62,518 bases of DNA from an archaeon (lineage in GTDB: Archaea; Nanobdellota; Nanobdellia; Pacearchaeales; GW2011-AR1): the NCBI GenBank assembly GCA_009992215.1, contig JAACWB010000006.1, positions 1 to 62,518 on the forward strand, written 5' to 3'. The translations under genes were made by a program, and so were the position numbers. The first letter of the stretch is position 1. Every line of letters starts with the position of its first letter. Below the pieces are notes generated by a model. It saw only the letters and a program-made list of their open reading frames with translations. It ran no database searches and had not been told where the DNA came from. This document shows positions 45,366-54,758 of this stretch, in pieces.

Positions 45366-45629
45366 ATGACAAACGCATTTACACGAGGTCTAAAAAGACT
45401 TTTTGGAGTAGAATCAAAATCTAATGCAAAGGCTCCTTGTCAATGCTGTGAACCAGTAATTGTTGAGCCAAAAAAAGATTTAGTTGTTGAAACAAAGTCG
45501 TTAAAGACAGTAGCAAAGAAAAAAGCTGTAAAAAAGACTGCAGTTAAAAAAGTTGCAAAGAAGAAAACTGCCAAAAAAGCGGTTAAGAAAAAGGCAACAA
45601 AAAAAGCTGCAAAGAAAAAAACAGCTTAA
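45366..45629 (+). CDS. small Lys/Ala-rich basic protein (histone H1 tail-like)
   Basis: C-terminal AKKKAVKKTAVKKVAKKKTAKKAVKKKATKKAAKKKTA. Confidence 0.6.
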   Translation: MTNAFTRGLKRLFGVESKSNAKAPCQCCEPVIVEPKKDLVVETKSLKTVAKKKAVKKTAVKKVAKKKTAKKAVKKKATKKAAKKKTA

Positions 45630-45712
45630 ACTTTTTTATTTTTATTTTTTTTATATTTTTAGTATATTTTATTAAGGGAGATTTCTTTTATTTTTTGAGT
45701 TTAACTCAATTA

Positions 45713-45837
45713 CGGAAATATATTCCGCTAGAAGGTAATTGGACTCACAGAATTTTTGTGAAATTCTGTTCGGTCCTCGGAATCTGTTTTGCAGATTCCT
45801 TGCGGAAAAATTTTCTCAATCAGACAAAATTGATTGG
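45713..45837 (+). promoter_or_regulatory. multi-hairpin leader / ncRNA candidate upstream of small membrane protein
   Basis: Five consecutive perfect stems: CGGAA/TTCCG, GGAC..ACAGAATTT/AAATTCTGT..GTCC, GGAATCTG/CAGATTCC, GAAAA/TTTTC and CAATCA/TGATTG. Confidence 0.45.
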
Positions 45838-45877
45838 GAAACAATTTCGTGGAGAAAATTTAAAGGAGGTGAAGGAT

Positions 45878-46180
45878 ATGCATTGTAAATGTTTTAATTT
45901 AATTTTAGCTGCTATTATAATTGTTTTTTCATTTTGGCAAATTTCTGCCTCGATGATAATAATTATTTCTGCTGCTGCTTTAATTTTGGTGATGGAAGTT
46001 CTTTCTTTGGTTAAGGAAGGTTGTAGTTGTCATGGTGCTTCTTGTTGCATGGGACATAAAACAGGAGAAGAGATTTTTGTTGACAAAAATCCTAAATCTG
46101 ATTTACCTAGTAAAACTGAAGTTAAAGAAGTTATTGAAAAGAAAAAAGCGGTAAACAACAAACCAAAAATGAAGAAATAA
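45878..46180 (+). CDS. small membrane protein
   Basis: GGAGGTGAAGG precedes the ATG. Two TM helices are followed by a CSCHGASCCMGH cluster. Confidence 0.55.
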   Translation: MHCKCFNLILAAIIIVFSFWQISASMIIIISAAALILVMEVLSLVKEGCSCHGASCCMGHKTGEEIFVDKNPKSDLPSKTEVKEVIEKKKAVNNKPKMKK

Positions 46181-46209
46181 TTTTTGGTTCAATTAATTTT
46201 TTTATTTTT

Positions 46210-46755
46210 TTAATCATTATAACTAAAGAAACTTATTTTTGATTTTGACATTTTGTGATAAAAATCATGGTCTGGTTTTTTTGTTTTTGAATCTATGAAT
46301 ATTTTTCCTAGTCCTTCCCAAAAAGTAAACCATCCTGCTGGTTCTGCCATAATTATTAGAAATTTGAAGAAGAATTTTGCTTGATATTTTAGTAAAAATG
46401 TTGCTAGTGTCATTATTCCTGAACCGAGTAAAAACCATAACATTCCTTCTAATTTTATTTTTTTAATTTCTTTTTGTTGTTTGTGAAATTGTTTTAGAAA
46501 AATTGTTTTAAGTCTTGTTTTAATTATTTTTTCGTTTTTGTAATCTCTTTTATTTTTTGGAACTAAGAGTCTTAATTTAATTTCTTCTTCAATTAATTTT
46601 TCTTTTGCTGCTTTTTTACATTCTGATAAAAAATCATCTGACAATGCTTTTTCTGAATAGGGTCTGGGATCAAAATCTGAAAACAAATCATCATATCCAT
46701 CAAGAATTAAGGAAATATTTCCTTCCTTTAATTTTGTTTTTTCCTCTTTTGCCAT
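46210..46755 (-). CDS. membrane protein, hypothetical
   Basis: ORF of 181 aa with two central TM helices. Confidence 0.5.
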   Translation of the reverse strand: MAKEEKTKLKEGNISLILDGYDDLFSDFDPRPYSEKALSDDFLSECKKAAKEKLIEEEIKLRLLVPKNKRDYKNEKIIKTRLKTIFLKQFHKQQKEIKKIKLEGMLWFLLGSGIMTLATFLLKYQAKFFFKFLIIMAEPAGWFTFWEGLGKIFIDSKTKKPDHDFYHKMSKSKISFFSYND

Positions 46756-46794
46756 TAAGAGTTTAAGTTATTTGGATTTATGAACTTTGCTTTT

Positions 46795-47205
46795 TTATTT
46801 TTCTAGCATTAAAAAAACAAAGTCGGCAACAGTTTCTCTTATTTTTTGATTGTCTTTGTTGTATGAAAAATAAATTTTTGGTTTACTAAAATCAATTCCC
46901 ATTATCAAGAAATATTCGGTGTTTTGATTAAAGACAATTATTTCATCTAGTTGGGGAGTATTATATTTTTTTCTTGGAGCAATGTTTGTCACATTTATGT
47001 TATAGAATTTTTCAAATGTGTTTAATATATTTTCTAGTTTTGAATAATTTTCAATAAATAAAGTTTCATAGCCAAGTTCGACAGTTTCTGTTTTTCCATA
47101 TTTTTTTATTTCTAAATTTTTGTAAATAGAATTATCTCCAAATGGTAGATTAGGTTTTGTTTTTGGTAAATTCCGTTTTATGTATCTACTTAAGCCTTTA
47201 TTCAT
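46795..47205 (-). CDS. hypothetical protein
   Basis: ORF that overlaps the topA stop by 8 nt. Confidence 0.5.
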   Translation of the reverse strand: MNKGLSRYIKRNLPKTKPNLPFGDNSIYKNLEIKKYGKTETVELGYETLFIENYSKLENILNTFEKFYNINVTNIAPRKKYNTPQLDEIIVFNQNTEYFLIMGIDFSKPKIYFSYNKDNQKIRETVADFVFLMLEK

Positions 47206-49648
47206 TTGTTTCGTTTTCTGCTTGTTTGGCTAATTTTTGTTCGTAAGCTTCTCTTCTCTCACGGTTTGTTTCACAATCAGTGTTAAAGCAAAATATCCAA
47301 GGTTTTTTTCCTTTTGAGAGAGACATTAAAAGAGGGAAACCGCACTTTTCACAGTCTTTTCCAACTTTTTTTATTGTTCCGTATGGTGGAAGTGAATAAG
47401 TTGTTTTACAATTTGGGTAAGCGTTACATGCAATAAAGAATTTTTTATTTTTTGGAGAATAAGTAATTGCCAAATCTCCTTTTTTACAATTTGGACAAGC
47501 AATTAATTTATTTTCTTCGCGTTCTATTTCTCTTTGCTTTTCTTGTGCATTAACAAGTTCGTTACCAATTTTGTTTTCATTTTTTTCAAAATCATTTGCA
47601 ATTTTGATTATTGTTTTTTTTGCTTGTTCAATTATTTCTTCTTTTTCTTTTGTTGGTTTAATGTGGCTTTCTGCCATTGTGTCCATTTTGTCTTGAAGTT
47701 CTTTTGTTAAATCTTCATCGATAATTATTGGAGAATATTTTTCTAATGTATTGATTAAGGAAATTCCAAGAGGTGTTGCTTCAATTGATTTTTCTCTTAT
47801 GTATCCACGGTCATAAAGTGTATCAAGTATTGCAGCACGAGTTGCTTTTGTTCCAAGGTTTCTTTTTTCAAGTTCGGAGAGAATTGAAGCTTGTGAATAT
47901 CTTTTTGGTGGTTGTGTTTCTTTTTCTTCAGTCCTTGAATCAGTAACTGTCACTTCACCTTCAAGAGTTGGAATGTGTTCTTCTTTTGTTTTAGTTGGGT
48001 AAAATTCCATCCATGCTTTTTTTCTTATTTCTTGTCCGTTCTTTGAAAATTTATAATTATCAACTGTTACAGTTATTCTTTTTTTATCAATAATTGCATT
48101 ATCACAGAAAAGAGCGAGGAATCTTTTTACAATTAAATTGTAAACTTTTTCTTCGTCTCCTGAAAGTACTGGAGGTTGGTTTCCTGTTGGATAAATTGAG
48201 GGGTGTGCAGGATCAGTTTTTTCACCTTCAATTGGTTTTTCTTTTGTAATTAATTTTGAAACTAAGAATCTAATTTTTAGAATATTTAGAATTGATTTGT
48301 AATCAATTGAATCTGGAAGTTTTTGTGAAGATGTTCTTGGATAAGAAATTAATCCTGCAAGATAAAGTGATTGTGCAGCTTTAAGAGAATTTGCAGGAGT
48401 TATTCCATAAAGATTGTAAGCTTCTGTTTGAAGTGTTGTTAAATTAAAAGGGGGATTTGGTGGAAGAATTTGTTCTGCTGCTTTTGTCTCTGCAATTCCT
48501 TTTTTTCCAATAATATTTTTAAAATTTTCTAATTCTTTTTTTTCAAATATATCTTTAGTATATTTTAATTCTACTTTTGGAGATTTTACTGTAATGAAAA
48601 TTTGCCAATATGGTTCTGAAACAAACTTTTGAATTTCTCTTTCTTTTTTTACAATTAATGCAAGAGTTGGTCCTTGAACACGACCAATTGACATTATTTT
48701 GAATTTACCTGTTGTTTTAATTGCGTTCATTAATGCACGAGATAGATTAATACCGTAATACCAATCTAAGTGGTGTCTTGCTTCACCTGCGATTTCTTGT
48801 CCCCACTCAATTGATGGAAGTTTGTTTTCGTATGCGTTATTTAATTCTTTTTCAGTTAAGGTTGAGAATTTCATTCTTTTTGCATCTTCTTGATTACAAA
48901 TTAATCGAACAACATTTGCACCAATAACTTCTCCTTCCACGTCAAAGTCTGTTGCAACAGTTAAGCTTCCTGCGTTTTTTGCAAGTTTAAGTAAAGTGTC
49001 GTAATATTTTTTTGAGAAGTCTCCTTTTTTTGCAACGAAATTTGGAACCCAATCAATATCAAACGTTGGAACATTTGAACCTGGACTCATTTGTTTTAAG
49101 GTGAACAGATGACCAACGGCGCAAGCAACAATTATTTTTTTTCCGTTTCTACTTACTTCATAATATGGAACTCCTCTTGTTAATTCTCTTTTAGTTGCAT
49201 TTCCAAGTGCGGAAGCAATCTTTAATGCAGCTTGAGGTTTTTCTGTAATTATTAGTTCATACCCGTCTTTTTTTAGAAGTATTTTTGGAATTGAATAGGG
49301 TTCTTGTTTTGTTGTAGTGGTTTTTGCTGTTTTTTTTGCAACTCTTTTTTTTGCAGTTTTTTTCTTTGCATATTTTTTCTTTACGGGTTTCTTTTTTATG
49401 TTTCCTTGTTTTTCAATTGTTATTAATTCTGAAGGCAAAAACTTTGAAGTTGTTTTTGTAACTGATTTTTTTAAAATTTCATCAGCTGGTGTTACTCTTG
49501 AAGGGGCTTTTTCAGTTGTTATTTTTAGAATTTCTTTTTTTGATTTGCCTCTCTCTACTTCTTTTTCAGTTGTTTTTTTTGCATCTTGGTTTGCATTAAA
49601 AAAAGTTTCACTTGCTTTTTCTTCTCTTGAGGTTTTCTTTTTTGGCAT
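47198..49648 (-). CDS. topA: type IA DNA topoisomerase with Lys-rich N-terminal extension and C-terminal zinc ribbons
   Basis: TOPRIM ELIITEKPQAA..DFDVEGE, active-site LISYPRTSS, and C-terminal CPNC..C..C / C..C modules. Confidence 0.92.
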   Translation of the reverse strand: MPKKKTSREEKASETFFNANQDAKKTTEKEVERGKSKKEILKITTEKAPSRVTPADEILKKSVTKTTSKFLPSELITIEKQGNIKKKPVKKKYAKKKTAKKRVAKKTAKTTTTKQEPYSIPKILLKKDGYELIITEKPQAALKIASALGNATKRELTRGVPYYEVSRNGKKIIVACAVGHLFTLKQMSPGSNVPTFDIDWVPNFVAKKGDFSKKYYDTLLKLAKNAGSLTVATDFDVEGEVIGANVVRLICNQEDAKRMKFSTLTEKELNNAYENKLPSIEWGQEIAGEARHHLDWYYGINLSRALMNAIKTTGKFKIMSIGRVQGPTLALIVKKEREIQKFVSEPYWQIFITVKSPKVELKYTKDIFEKKELENFKNIIGKKGIAETKAAEQILPPNPPFNLTTLQTEAYNLYGITPANSLKAAQSLYLAGLISYPRTSSQKLPDSIDYKSILNILKIRFLVSKLITKEKPIEGEKTDPAHPSIYPTGNQPPVLSGDEEKVYNLIVKRFLALFCDNAIIDKKRITVTVDNYKFSKNGQEIRKKAWMEFYPTKTKEEHIPTLEGEVTVTDSRTEEKETQPPKRYSQASILSELEKRNLGTKATRAAILDTLYDRGYIREKSIEATPLGISLINTLEKYSPIIIDEDLTKELQDKMDTMAESHIKPTKEKEEIIEQAKKTIIKIANDFEKNENKIGNELVNAQEKQREIEREENKLIACPNCKKGDLAITYSPKNKKFFIACNAYPNCKTTYSLPPYGTIKKVGKDCEKCGFPLLMSLSKGKKPWIFCFNTDCETNRERREAYEQKLAKQAENETNE

Positions 49649-49810
49649 TTTTGTTAAAATCTCTTAAAATAAAATACAACCTTTATTTTAAAGGGTTTTG
49701 TTTTGTTTTTTGTTTAATTGTTGCTTAAAATTGAAGAAAATCAGCTTTTTCTTTTCATTCTGTTATTTTATAGTGGTAACTTTTATAAAGTTTTTAGAAT
49801 ATATTTTCTA

Positions 49811-50164
49811 ATGAAAAGAAAAACAAATTTAATTGCTTTACTTGGTGCGGGAATATTTAGTTTAGGATTAACTTTTGCACTTACTTTTCCTGAGAAGATT
49901 GAAGAAAATTTTTATTTTCAAGGTAAAGAATATCATTATAAAAAAAGGGCAGGATATTTTCAAGAAAAGAGTTTGATTGTTTCTGATTCATTAAGTTATG
50001 GAAAAGGAATGGAAGCGTTTTATTTTGATCAATATGGGGGTTTAGATTCCTACTTTAAAGAATCGCATGGATTTATGGGAAAACAAAGAATTAATGGGGT
50101 TATTGAAGAAATTGCTAACGAAGAATTAGAAAAAGCTGAAAGTTATATAAAACAAAAGAAATAA
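49811..50164 (+). CDS. membrane-anchored/secreted hypothetical protein
   Basis: Signal/anchor MKRKTNLIALLGAGIFSLGLTFAL. Confidence 0.5.
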   Translation: MKRKTNLIALLGAGIFSLGLTFALTFPEKIEENFYFQGKEYHYKKRAGYFQEKSLIVSDSLSYGKGMEAFYFDQYGGLDSYFKESHGFMGKQRINGVIEEIANEELEKAESYIKQKK

Positions 50165-50172
50165 GTTTTGTT

Positions 50173-50370
50173 ATGGAAAATTATAATTGTGATTTTTGTA
50201 AATATTCTAAGAAAAAAGCAAAAAAGAATTACTGGAAATTAATTCCTTATTTGATTGCTGGAGGAATTACACTTTATGCGGCAATTGAACAATTTTATTT
50301 TGGACAAGATAAAAAAGAAGGCGTGAAAATTGAGAAGACTGTGAAGAGTATTGATAATTTTTTTGAATAA
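50173..50370 (+). CDS. small membrane protein
   Basis: 65 aa with one TM helix. Confidence 0.4.
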   Translation: MENYNCDFCKYSKKKAKKNYWKLIPYLIAGGITLYAAIEQFYFGQDKKEGVKIEKTVKSIDNFFE

Positions 50371-50404
50371 TAATTTATTTAAAGTATATTTTAATTATTT
50401 TGTT

Positions 50405-50653
50405 ATGGTTGAAAAAAAATTTGATGGTTTAAAATTTAATTTAAATTTGGAAGGTTTAAAGTTAAATTTAAAATTTGATAATCAAGAAAAAACTCCTTTT
50501 TATGGGAGGATGCCTAGCAATTTTCAAGAAGGGAGGGATAGGCTTTATAGTAAATCTGGCGAAAGTGCTTACAAAGAAAGAAGGAAATATTCAGATATTG
50601 ATATAAGAACTTTTCCGAGAAGGAGTCGCGACATTGAAAGAAGATTAAGGTAA
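50405..50653 (+). CDS. hypothetical small basic protein
   Basis: ORF trimmed to MVEKKFDG. Confidence 0.4.
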   Translation: MVEKKFDGLKFNLNLEGLKLNLKFDNQEKTPFYGRMPSNFQEGRDRLYSKSGESAYKERRKYSDIDIRTFPRRSRDIERRLR

Positions 50654-50792
50654 TTGAAGATGGGTGAAGAAAAATTAAATAATCAAATAAAAGAGTCAAG
50701 TAAAAATTTTATTTATTAAATGATTGAATCGGCTTTTTCGAAAAAATCCAAAATGTATGCACCTACTTTTGTTTCTGGAAATCAAAGAAAAA

Positions 50793-51299
50793 TTAAATAG
50801 CTAAATTCTGATTTTTGTATTTTTCTAAACCAGTTATTTCTTTCATTTCAGATTTAAATGAATCGGCTTCTCTAATATTTCTAAATTCTATTTCTGCAGT
50901 GATTAGAGAATATTTTCTATAGTAATCAAATTCGATTTTTTTCTTTTTATATTCTTTAATTAATCTTTGTTTTTCTAAAGTTTTTTCTTTTACTAAGGAA
51001 TATCTATCAAAAATTTCTTTTGTTATTCTTTTTTCAAGTTCAAACCTTTTTTTGTCACCGCTTGATTTAATTGTTACAAAGTATTTTGTTCCAAATTTTC
51101 TTAATCTTAATTCGTTTGGTTTAAAGTTTATCCTAAGGTTTAATTCTTTTGAAACGTCTTCGATAAATTCAATTGGCAAATAGTGTTGTGTAATCCGTAA
51201 ACCCTTGTCTTTTATTTCTTTTTTTAATTTTTCAATCGGAAAGGGGCAAGGAAAAGTTTTTTCTTTTTCCTTAATTATATATTTTTTTTCAATTTCCAT
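50793..51299 (-). CDS. CYTH-domain protein (triphosphate tunnel metalloenzyme / CyaB-like)
   Basis: N-terminal MEIEKKYII (ExExK signature) and later ITAEIEF. Confidence 0.7.
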   Translation of the reverse strand: MEIEKKYIIKEKEKTFPCPFPIEKLKKEIKDKGLRITQHYLPIEFIEDVSKELNLRINFKPNELRLRKFGTKYFVTIKSSGDKKRFELEKRITKEIFDRYSLVKEKTLEKQRLIKEYKKKKIEFDYYRKYSLITAEIEFRNIREADSFKSEMKEITGLEKYKNQNLAI

Positions 51300-51333
51300 A
51301 TGTTAATGTATAATTTTCTTTTTTTAAAAATGT

Positions 51334-52179
51334 TTATTTTGTAGAAATTAGTTTCCCAAGCTCAGTTAATCTTTTGTCTGAACCAATTGAGGTGTTAAAC
51401 ATTTTTGTAAATATTTTTCCTAACCATTCTGTCCATTCTTTATCACGGATTGTGTAGAAGATGAATTTCTTTTTATCAAGTTCTTTAATTTTACCAGTTG
51501 GTTCTTTAATTTCTTTTAATCTACTTGAGTTGTTGTCGATTACAAATGCTCTAATTGGATGTTCTCTGTGTCTTATTTCAATTAATTCTTTTCCGTATTT
51601 GTAATTTAAGTCAAGAACTTTTTTTATGTTTTCAATTCCTTCTAGGTTAATTCTACATAGAACTTTAACTTTAACTCCTCTTTTTACAAGTTCTTCAAGA
51701 GTGTTGAATAAATCTATTTCTCCTTTCTTTAAATTAATCCAAGAGAGGTTACCTGAAAACAGTTTCAATTCCTTTTTTGTTTCTTTAAGAATTTGAATTA
51801 GTTCTTGGAGGTTTGTTGATTCTTCCGTTATTTCATCTTCGACAATTGCAAGTTTATTTTTTTCTGGTATGTGTTGGAAAATATCGAATGCTGAGAAATC
51901 TTCTTTTCTTCGAAGAGTTAAAATTCTTTCTTCTAATTCTTCTTGGAATTTTGTCGATGAAACTCTTTCTGGCGTTGATAAATATGCGACTTTTAACGCC
52001 CCACGTGTTCCTCCACGAAATGTTTTTGTTTCAATTGTTTTGTATTCTTCTTCAATTTCTTTTAGATATCTATCAATGGTTCTCCAATTTTTCTTTAGAT
52101 ATTCTGCTATTTCATTTATGCTTCGAGGCTCAATTGAAACGAATTTCTCTATTTGTTGTACTGTTTTGTTGTCTAACAT
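51334..52179 (-). CDS. TrmB-like wHTH regulator with PLD-like C-terminal domain
   Basis: N-terminal SINEIAEYLKKNWRTIDRYLKEIEE. C-terminal IEIRHREHPIRAFVIDN. Confidence 0.55.
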   Translation of the reverse strand: MLDNKTVQQIEKFVSIEPRSINEIAEYLKKNWRTIDRYLKEIEEEYKTIETKTFRGGTRGALKVAYLSTPERVSSTKFQEELEERILTLRRKEDFSAFDIFQHIPEKNKLAIVEDEITEESTNLQELIQILKETKKELKLFSGNLSWINLKKGEIDLFNTLEELVKRGVKVKVLCRINLEGIENIKKVLDLNYKYGKELIEIRHREHPIRAFVIDNNSSRLKEIKEPTGKIKELDKKKFIFYTIRDKEWTEWLGKIFTKMFNTSIGSDKRLTELGKLISTK

Positions 52180-52202
52180 TTTGTTTATGCGACCATGTTA
52201 AT

Positions 52203-52246
52203 CACGTCCCAAATTTTTGCTACGTGTTCTTCCCGCCCTAATTGGG
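52203..52246 (+). repeat. C-tract repeat fragment, copy K
   Basis: cacgtcccaaatttttgctacgtgttcttcccgccctaattggg. Confidence 0.45.
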
Positions 52247-52325
52247 TCGCTTATTTGGTTTAGTTATCTGGGAAAGTTATTGTGTTTTATAAGCTTTTAT
52301 GTAGCATACAACTATGTGTACACTT

Positions 52326-52372
52326 TTTGTCAAGAAAAGTGTATGAAATATACAAGTCTAAGGTATGTTATG
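52326..52372 (+). promoter_or_regulatory. conserved promoter/leader, copy 1 (before island ORF 1)
   Basis: tttgtcaagaaaagtgtatgaaatatacaagtctaaggtatgttATG. Confidence 0.55.
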
Positions 52373-52942
52373 GAATTAAATGAATGGAAAGATTCGATAA
52401 CCAAATATAAACAAATGGTTGAAGAAGGTTACAAGAATTGCGAGATACTTGTTTGTGAAGCTTCAAAAAAAGGAATTAATATTTTAGGAATTAATGGGGG
52501 AATTTTAGAAAATAAAATTTTGGTTGTTGGTGAGCATTTTTTAATGGATTCTGCAGAGATTAAAGAAGAATTGATTGAAAAAAATTGTAGTAAGATTAGT
52601 TATAATTTGATTTTAAATTTTTATGGAAATATAAAATTTAAGAAGCATGATAAAGACGAGGGAATAGCTAAGTTAATAACAAAAGATAAACCAGAATTAT
52701 TGGCAAGAATAATTGAAGAAGATGTAGATTATCATGAAATTGTTTATGGTCCTACTTGGTATAGAAAGATTGAATTAAATAAAAACTTGGATGATATTTG
52801 GATGTCATATTCACAAAAAGGTTTATCTGAAGATTTAATTTGCAAAGCGAAAAATGAGTTGAATGAATGGATTTTGGAAAATCCCGCTGGAAAAATGGAT
52901 ACAGGCATAATGGGGGTTCCCGAGAGGATGGATTATTTATGA
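52370..52942 (+). CDS. island ORF 1, hypothetical
   Basis: Start MELNEWKD follows the conserved leader. ATGA overlap with the next ORF. Confidence 0.55.
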   Translation: MELNEWKDSITKYKQMVEEGYKNCEILVCEASKKGINILGINGGILENKILVVGEHFLMDSAEIKEELIEKNCSKISYNLILNFYGNIKFKKHDKDEGIAKLITKDKPELLARIIEEDVDYHEIVYGPTWYRKIELNKNLDDIWMSYSQKGLSEDLICKAKNELNEWILENPAGKMDTGIMGVPERMDYL

Positions 52943-53478
52943 CTTACGAAAGACTATATGAAGAACTTTTTCATAATGACAAAGACAAATTTGAACTTAT
53001 GAAAAGAACTGCAAATGCTTTACTTTTACAATTCAAAGAACCATTGAAATATGATTTAACTATTCCTTCTTCAAAGAGTATTTTAAGATTATTAAATATT
53101 TTTCAAGATGGGCGGGAAGGAAAGATTATTTTTCCAGATAAAGTAAATTGTCTTTATCCGTCATATCAAGAGAAACCAATTAATTTTAATTTTAATCATA
53201 AATATTCTAAACGAGTTGAAGAAGGACTGAATTTATGTTTTGGTTTAAAGAGCAGGTATGACACTTTTCCTTTGGAACTTCATTTGAATTGGAATCCTGA
53301 AATTTTTGGAAACGAAGGATTTTTTTACCGTTTTAGAGAGGGAAAAAAAGAATATTTAGAAGTTCAAGTTGAAAATTATTTTAATGAAAATGAATTGAAA
53401 ATTTTTAGGGGAATTGGAAAATTTGCTCAACCTTACTTACAAAATTTAGATAAATCAGTAGTTTTGGAGAATTATTAA
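52939..53478 (+). CDS. island ORF 2, hypothetical
   Basis: Start MTYERLYEEL, coupled to its neighbours. Confidence 0.55.
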   Translation: MTYERLYEELFHNDKDKFELMKRTANALLLQFKEPLKYDLTIPSSKSILRLLNIFQDGREGKIIFPDKVNCLYPSYQEKPINFNFNHKYSKRVEEGLNLCFGLKSRYDTFPLELHLNWNPEIFGNEGFFYRFREGKKEYLEVQVENYFNENELKIFRGIGKFAQPYLQNLDKSVVLENY

Positions 53479-53479
53479 T

Positions 53480-53722
53480 ATGGAAGAAAAAGAAATGAAG
53501 ATTACAAAAATTGAAAGAGAATGTTTTTTTTATAACCATGGAAATAATCCTAATTTTGAATATCGTTGTCCTCTTGAGTATGGCGCGAGGTGTGAATTTT
53601 ATGATACTTTTTTTAGTGCTTATACAATTGATATTGATACAAAAGAACCTGTTAATTTAAAACCTGATTGTAGTGAATGTCCTGAAGAAAGAAAGAGGGG
53701 TCTTGAGGGGAGGATAGAATGA
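53480..53722 (+). CDS. island ORF 3, Cys-rich mini-protein (5 Cys)
   Basis: ECFFYNH..YRCPLEYGARCEFYD..PDCSECPEE. Confidence 0.55.
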   Translation: MEEKEMKITKIERECFFYNHGNNPNFEYRCPLEYGARCEFYDTFFSAYTIDIDTKEPVNLKPDCSECPEERKRGLEGRIE

Positions 53723-53937
53723 ATGAAGTAGATTTTTATAAATTAAATGTTAAAGATAAAATTCATCTTGAAAAACAAATGAATTTTTTTGAAGGATTAA
53801 TCGTGAAAGGATATGTAATTTCTGATTTGGGGTTTTCTAGTTTAAATGGAATTTATATTGGGAACATGAAATATTCTTTTGATGAAATTGATAAAGTTCC
53901 TGTTAAGGAAAATAAATTAGAGGAAGGCGTGAAATGA
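53719..53937 (+). CDS. island ORF 4, hypothetical
   Basis: ATGA overlaps on both sides. Ends ENKLEEGVK. Confidence 0.55.
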   Translation: MNEVDFYKLNVKDKIHLEKQMNFFEGLIVKGYVISDLGFSSLNGIYIGNMKYSFDEIDKVPVKENKLEEGVK

Positions 53938-54155
53938 GTGAAGAAAAATTTGATTTAAAATGCCCTTATGTTAAATTGATGGGAGAAGATTTGATGAGAA
54001 CTACTGAAGCTTATTTTCGTTGTCAAGCTAATTGTCGAGGAAGAGAACCTGGTGAATTTGGAGAACCTACTGATTATTATAAATGTGATTCAGAAAATTA
54101 TTTGAAATGTGGCTGGTATTTACGAGAAAATAAATTAGAGGAAGGCGTGAAATGA
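53934..54155 (+). CDS. island ORF 5, Cys-rich mini-protein (5 Cys)
   Basis: LKCPYV..FRCQANCRG..YKCDSENYLKCGWY. Ends ENKLEEGVK. Confidence 0.55.
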   Translation: MSEEKFDLKCPYVKLMGEDLMRTTEAYFRCQANCRGREPGEFGEPTDYYKCDSENYLKCGWYLRENKLEEGVK

Positions 54156-54757
54156 ATTTTGATAATTATTTAACTTATAATAAAAATAAATTAGATTTTT
54201 TAATTGAGGAAAAAACTTTTTGGGAAAAAGAATTAAGAAATGAAAAATTGTTTTTGAAATTTTTAAAAAATTGCAAATTTGTTATTGAAGAAATTGTTCC
54301 AAATAAAGAAACCAATGAAAGAAATAGAATGCACGGGGCAACAATTTATACTCCAGATTTTTCTGTTGTCAAGGATTTTAAGAGAGTAAAATTGTTTGAA
54401 AATCACTCAAATCCTTACAATAAAGAAACTTCTTTTAGTGCTGATTACAGAGGAAGAGAAATTACTAGCTTTTTTTCTGATATTGAAGTTGGAGGAATTA
54501 AACTTGATAAATATAATATTGTTTTAAGAAATCAAGAAATGAGTTTGAATGAATATGATTTAGTATTGAAAGGAAAACATTCTTGGGAAGGGGGTTATAG
54601 TAAAGATGAAAATGAAACTTATCTTAAAATAGGAGAGAAAAAAATTAAATATTTCAAAGAAAAAGGTATGCAAGAAAAACTTTTGAAAAAAATTGAACAT
54701 TATATTAAATGGTGGGCAGCAGGACTTGATCCCGATGAGGAGGATCCGAGGAAATAA
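54152..54757 (+). CDS. island ORF 6, hypothetical
   Basis: ORF of 201 aa. Confidence 0.55.
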   Translation: MNFDNYLTYNKNKLDFLIEEKTFWEKELRNEKLFLKFLKNCKFVIEEIVPNKETNERNRMHGATIYTPDFSVVKDFKRVKLFENHSNPYNKETSFSADYRGREITSFFSDIEVGGIKLDKYNIVLRNQEMSLNEYDLVLKGKHSWEGGYSKDENETYLKIGEKKIKYFKEKGMQEKLLKKIEHYIKWWAAGLDPDEEDPRK

Positions 54758-54758
54758 A

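Noticed and set aside
54152-54757. PD-(D/E)xK nuclease motif in island ORF 6 (YTPDF .. DIEVGG).
   Set aside because: The second half lacks the ExK lysine spacing, so the match is too weak to call.
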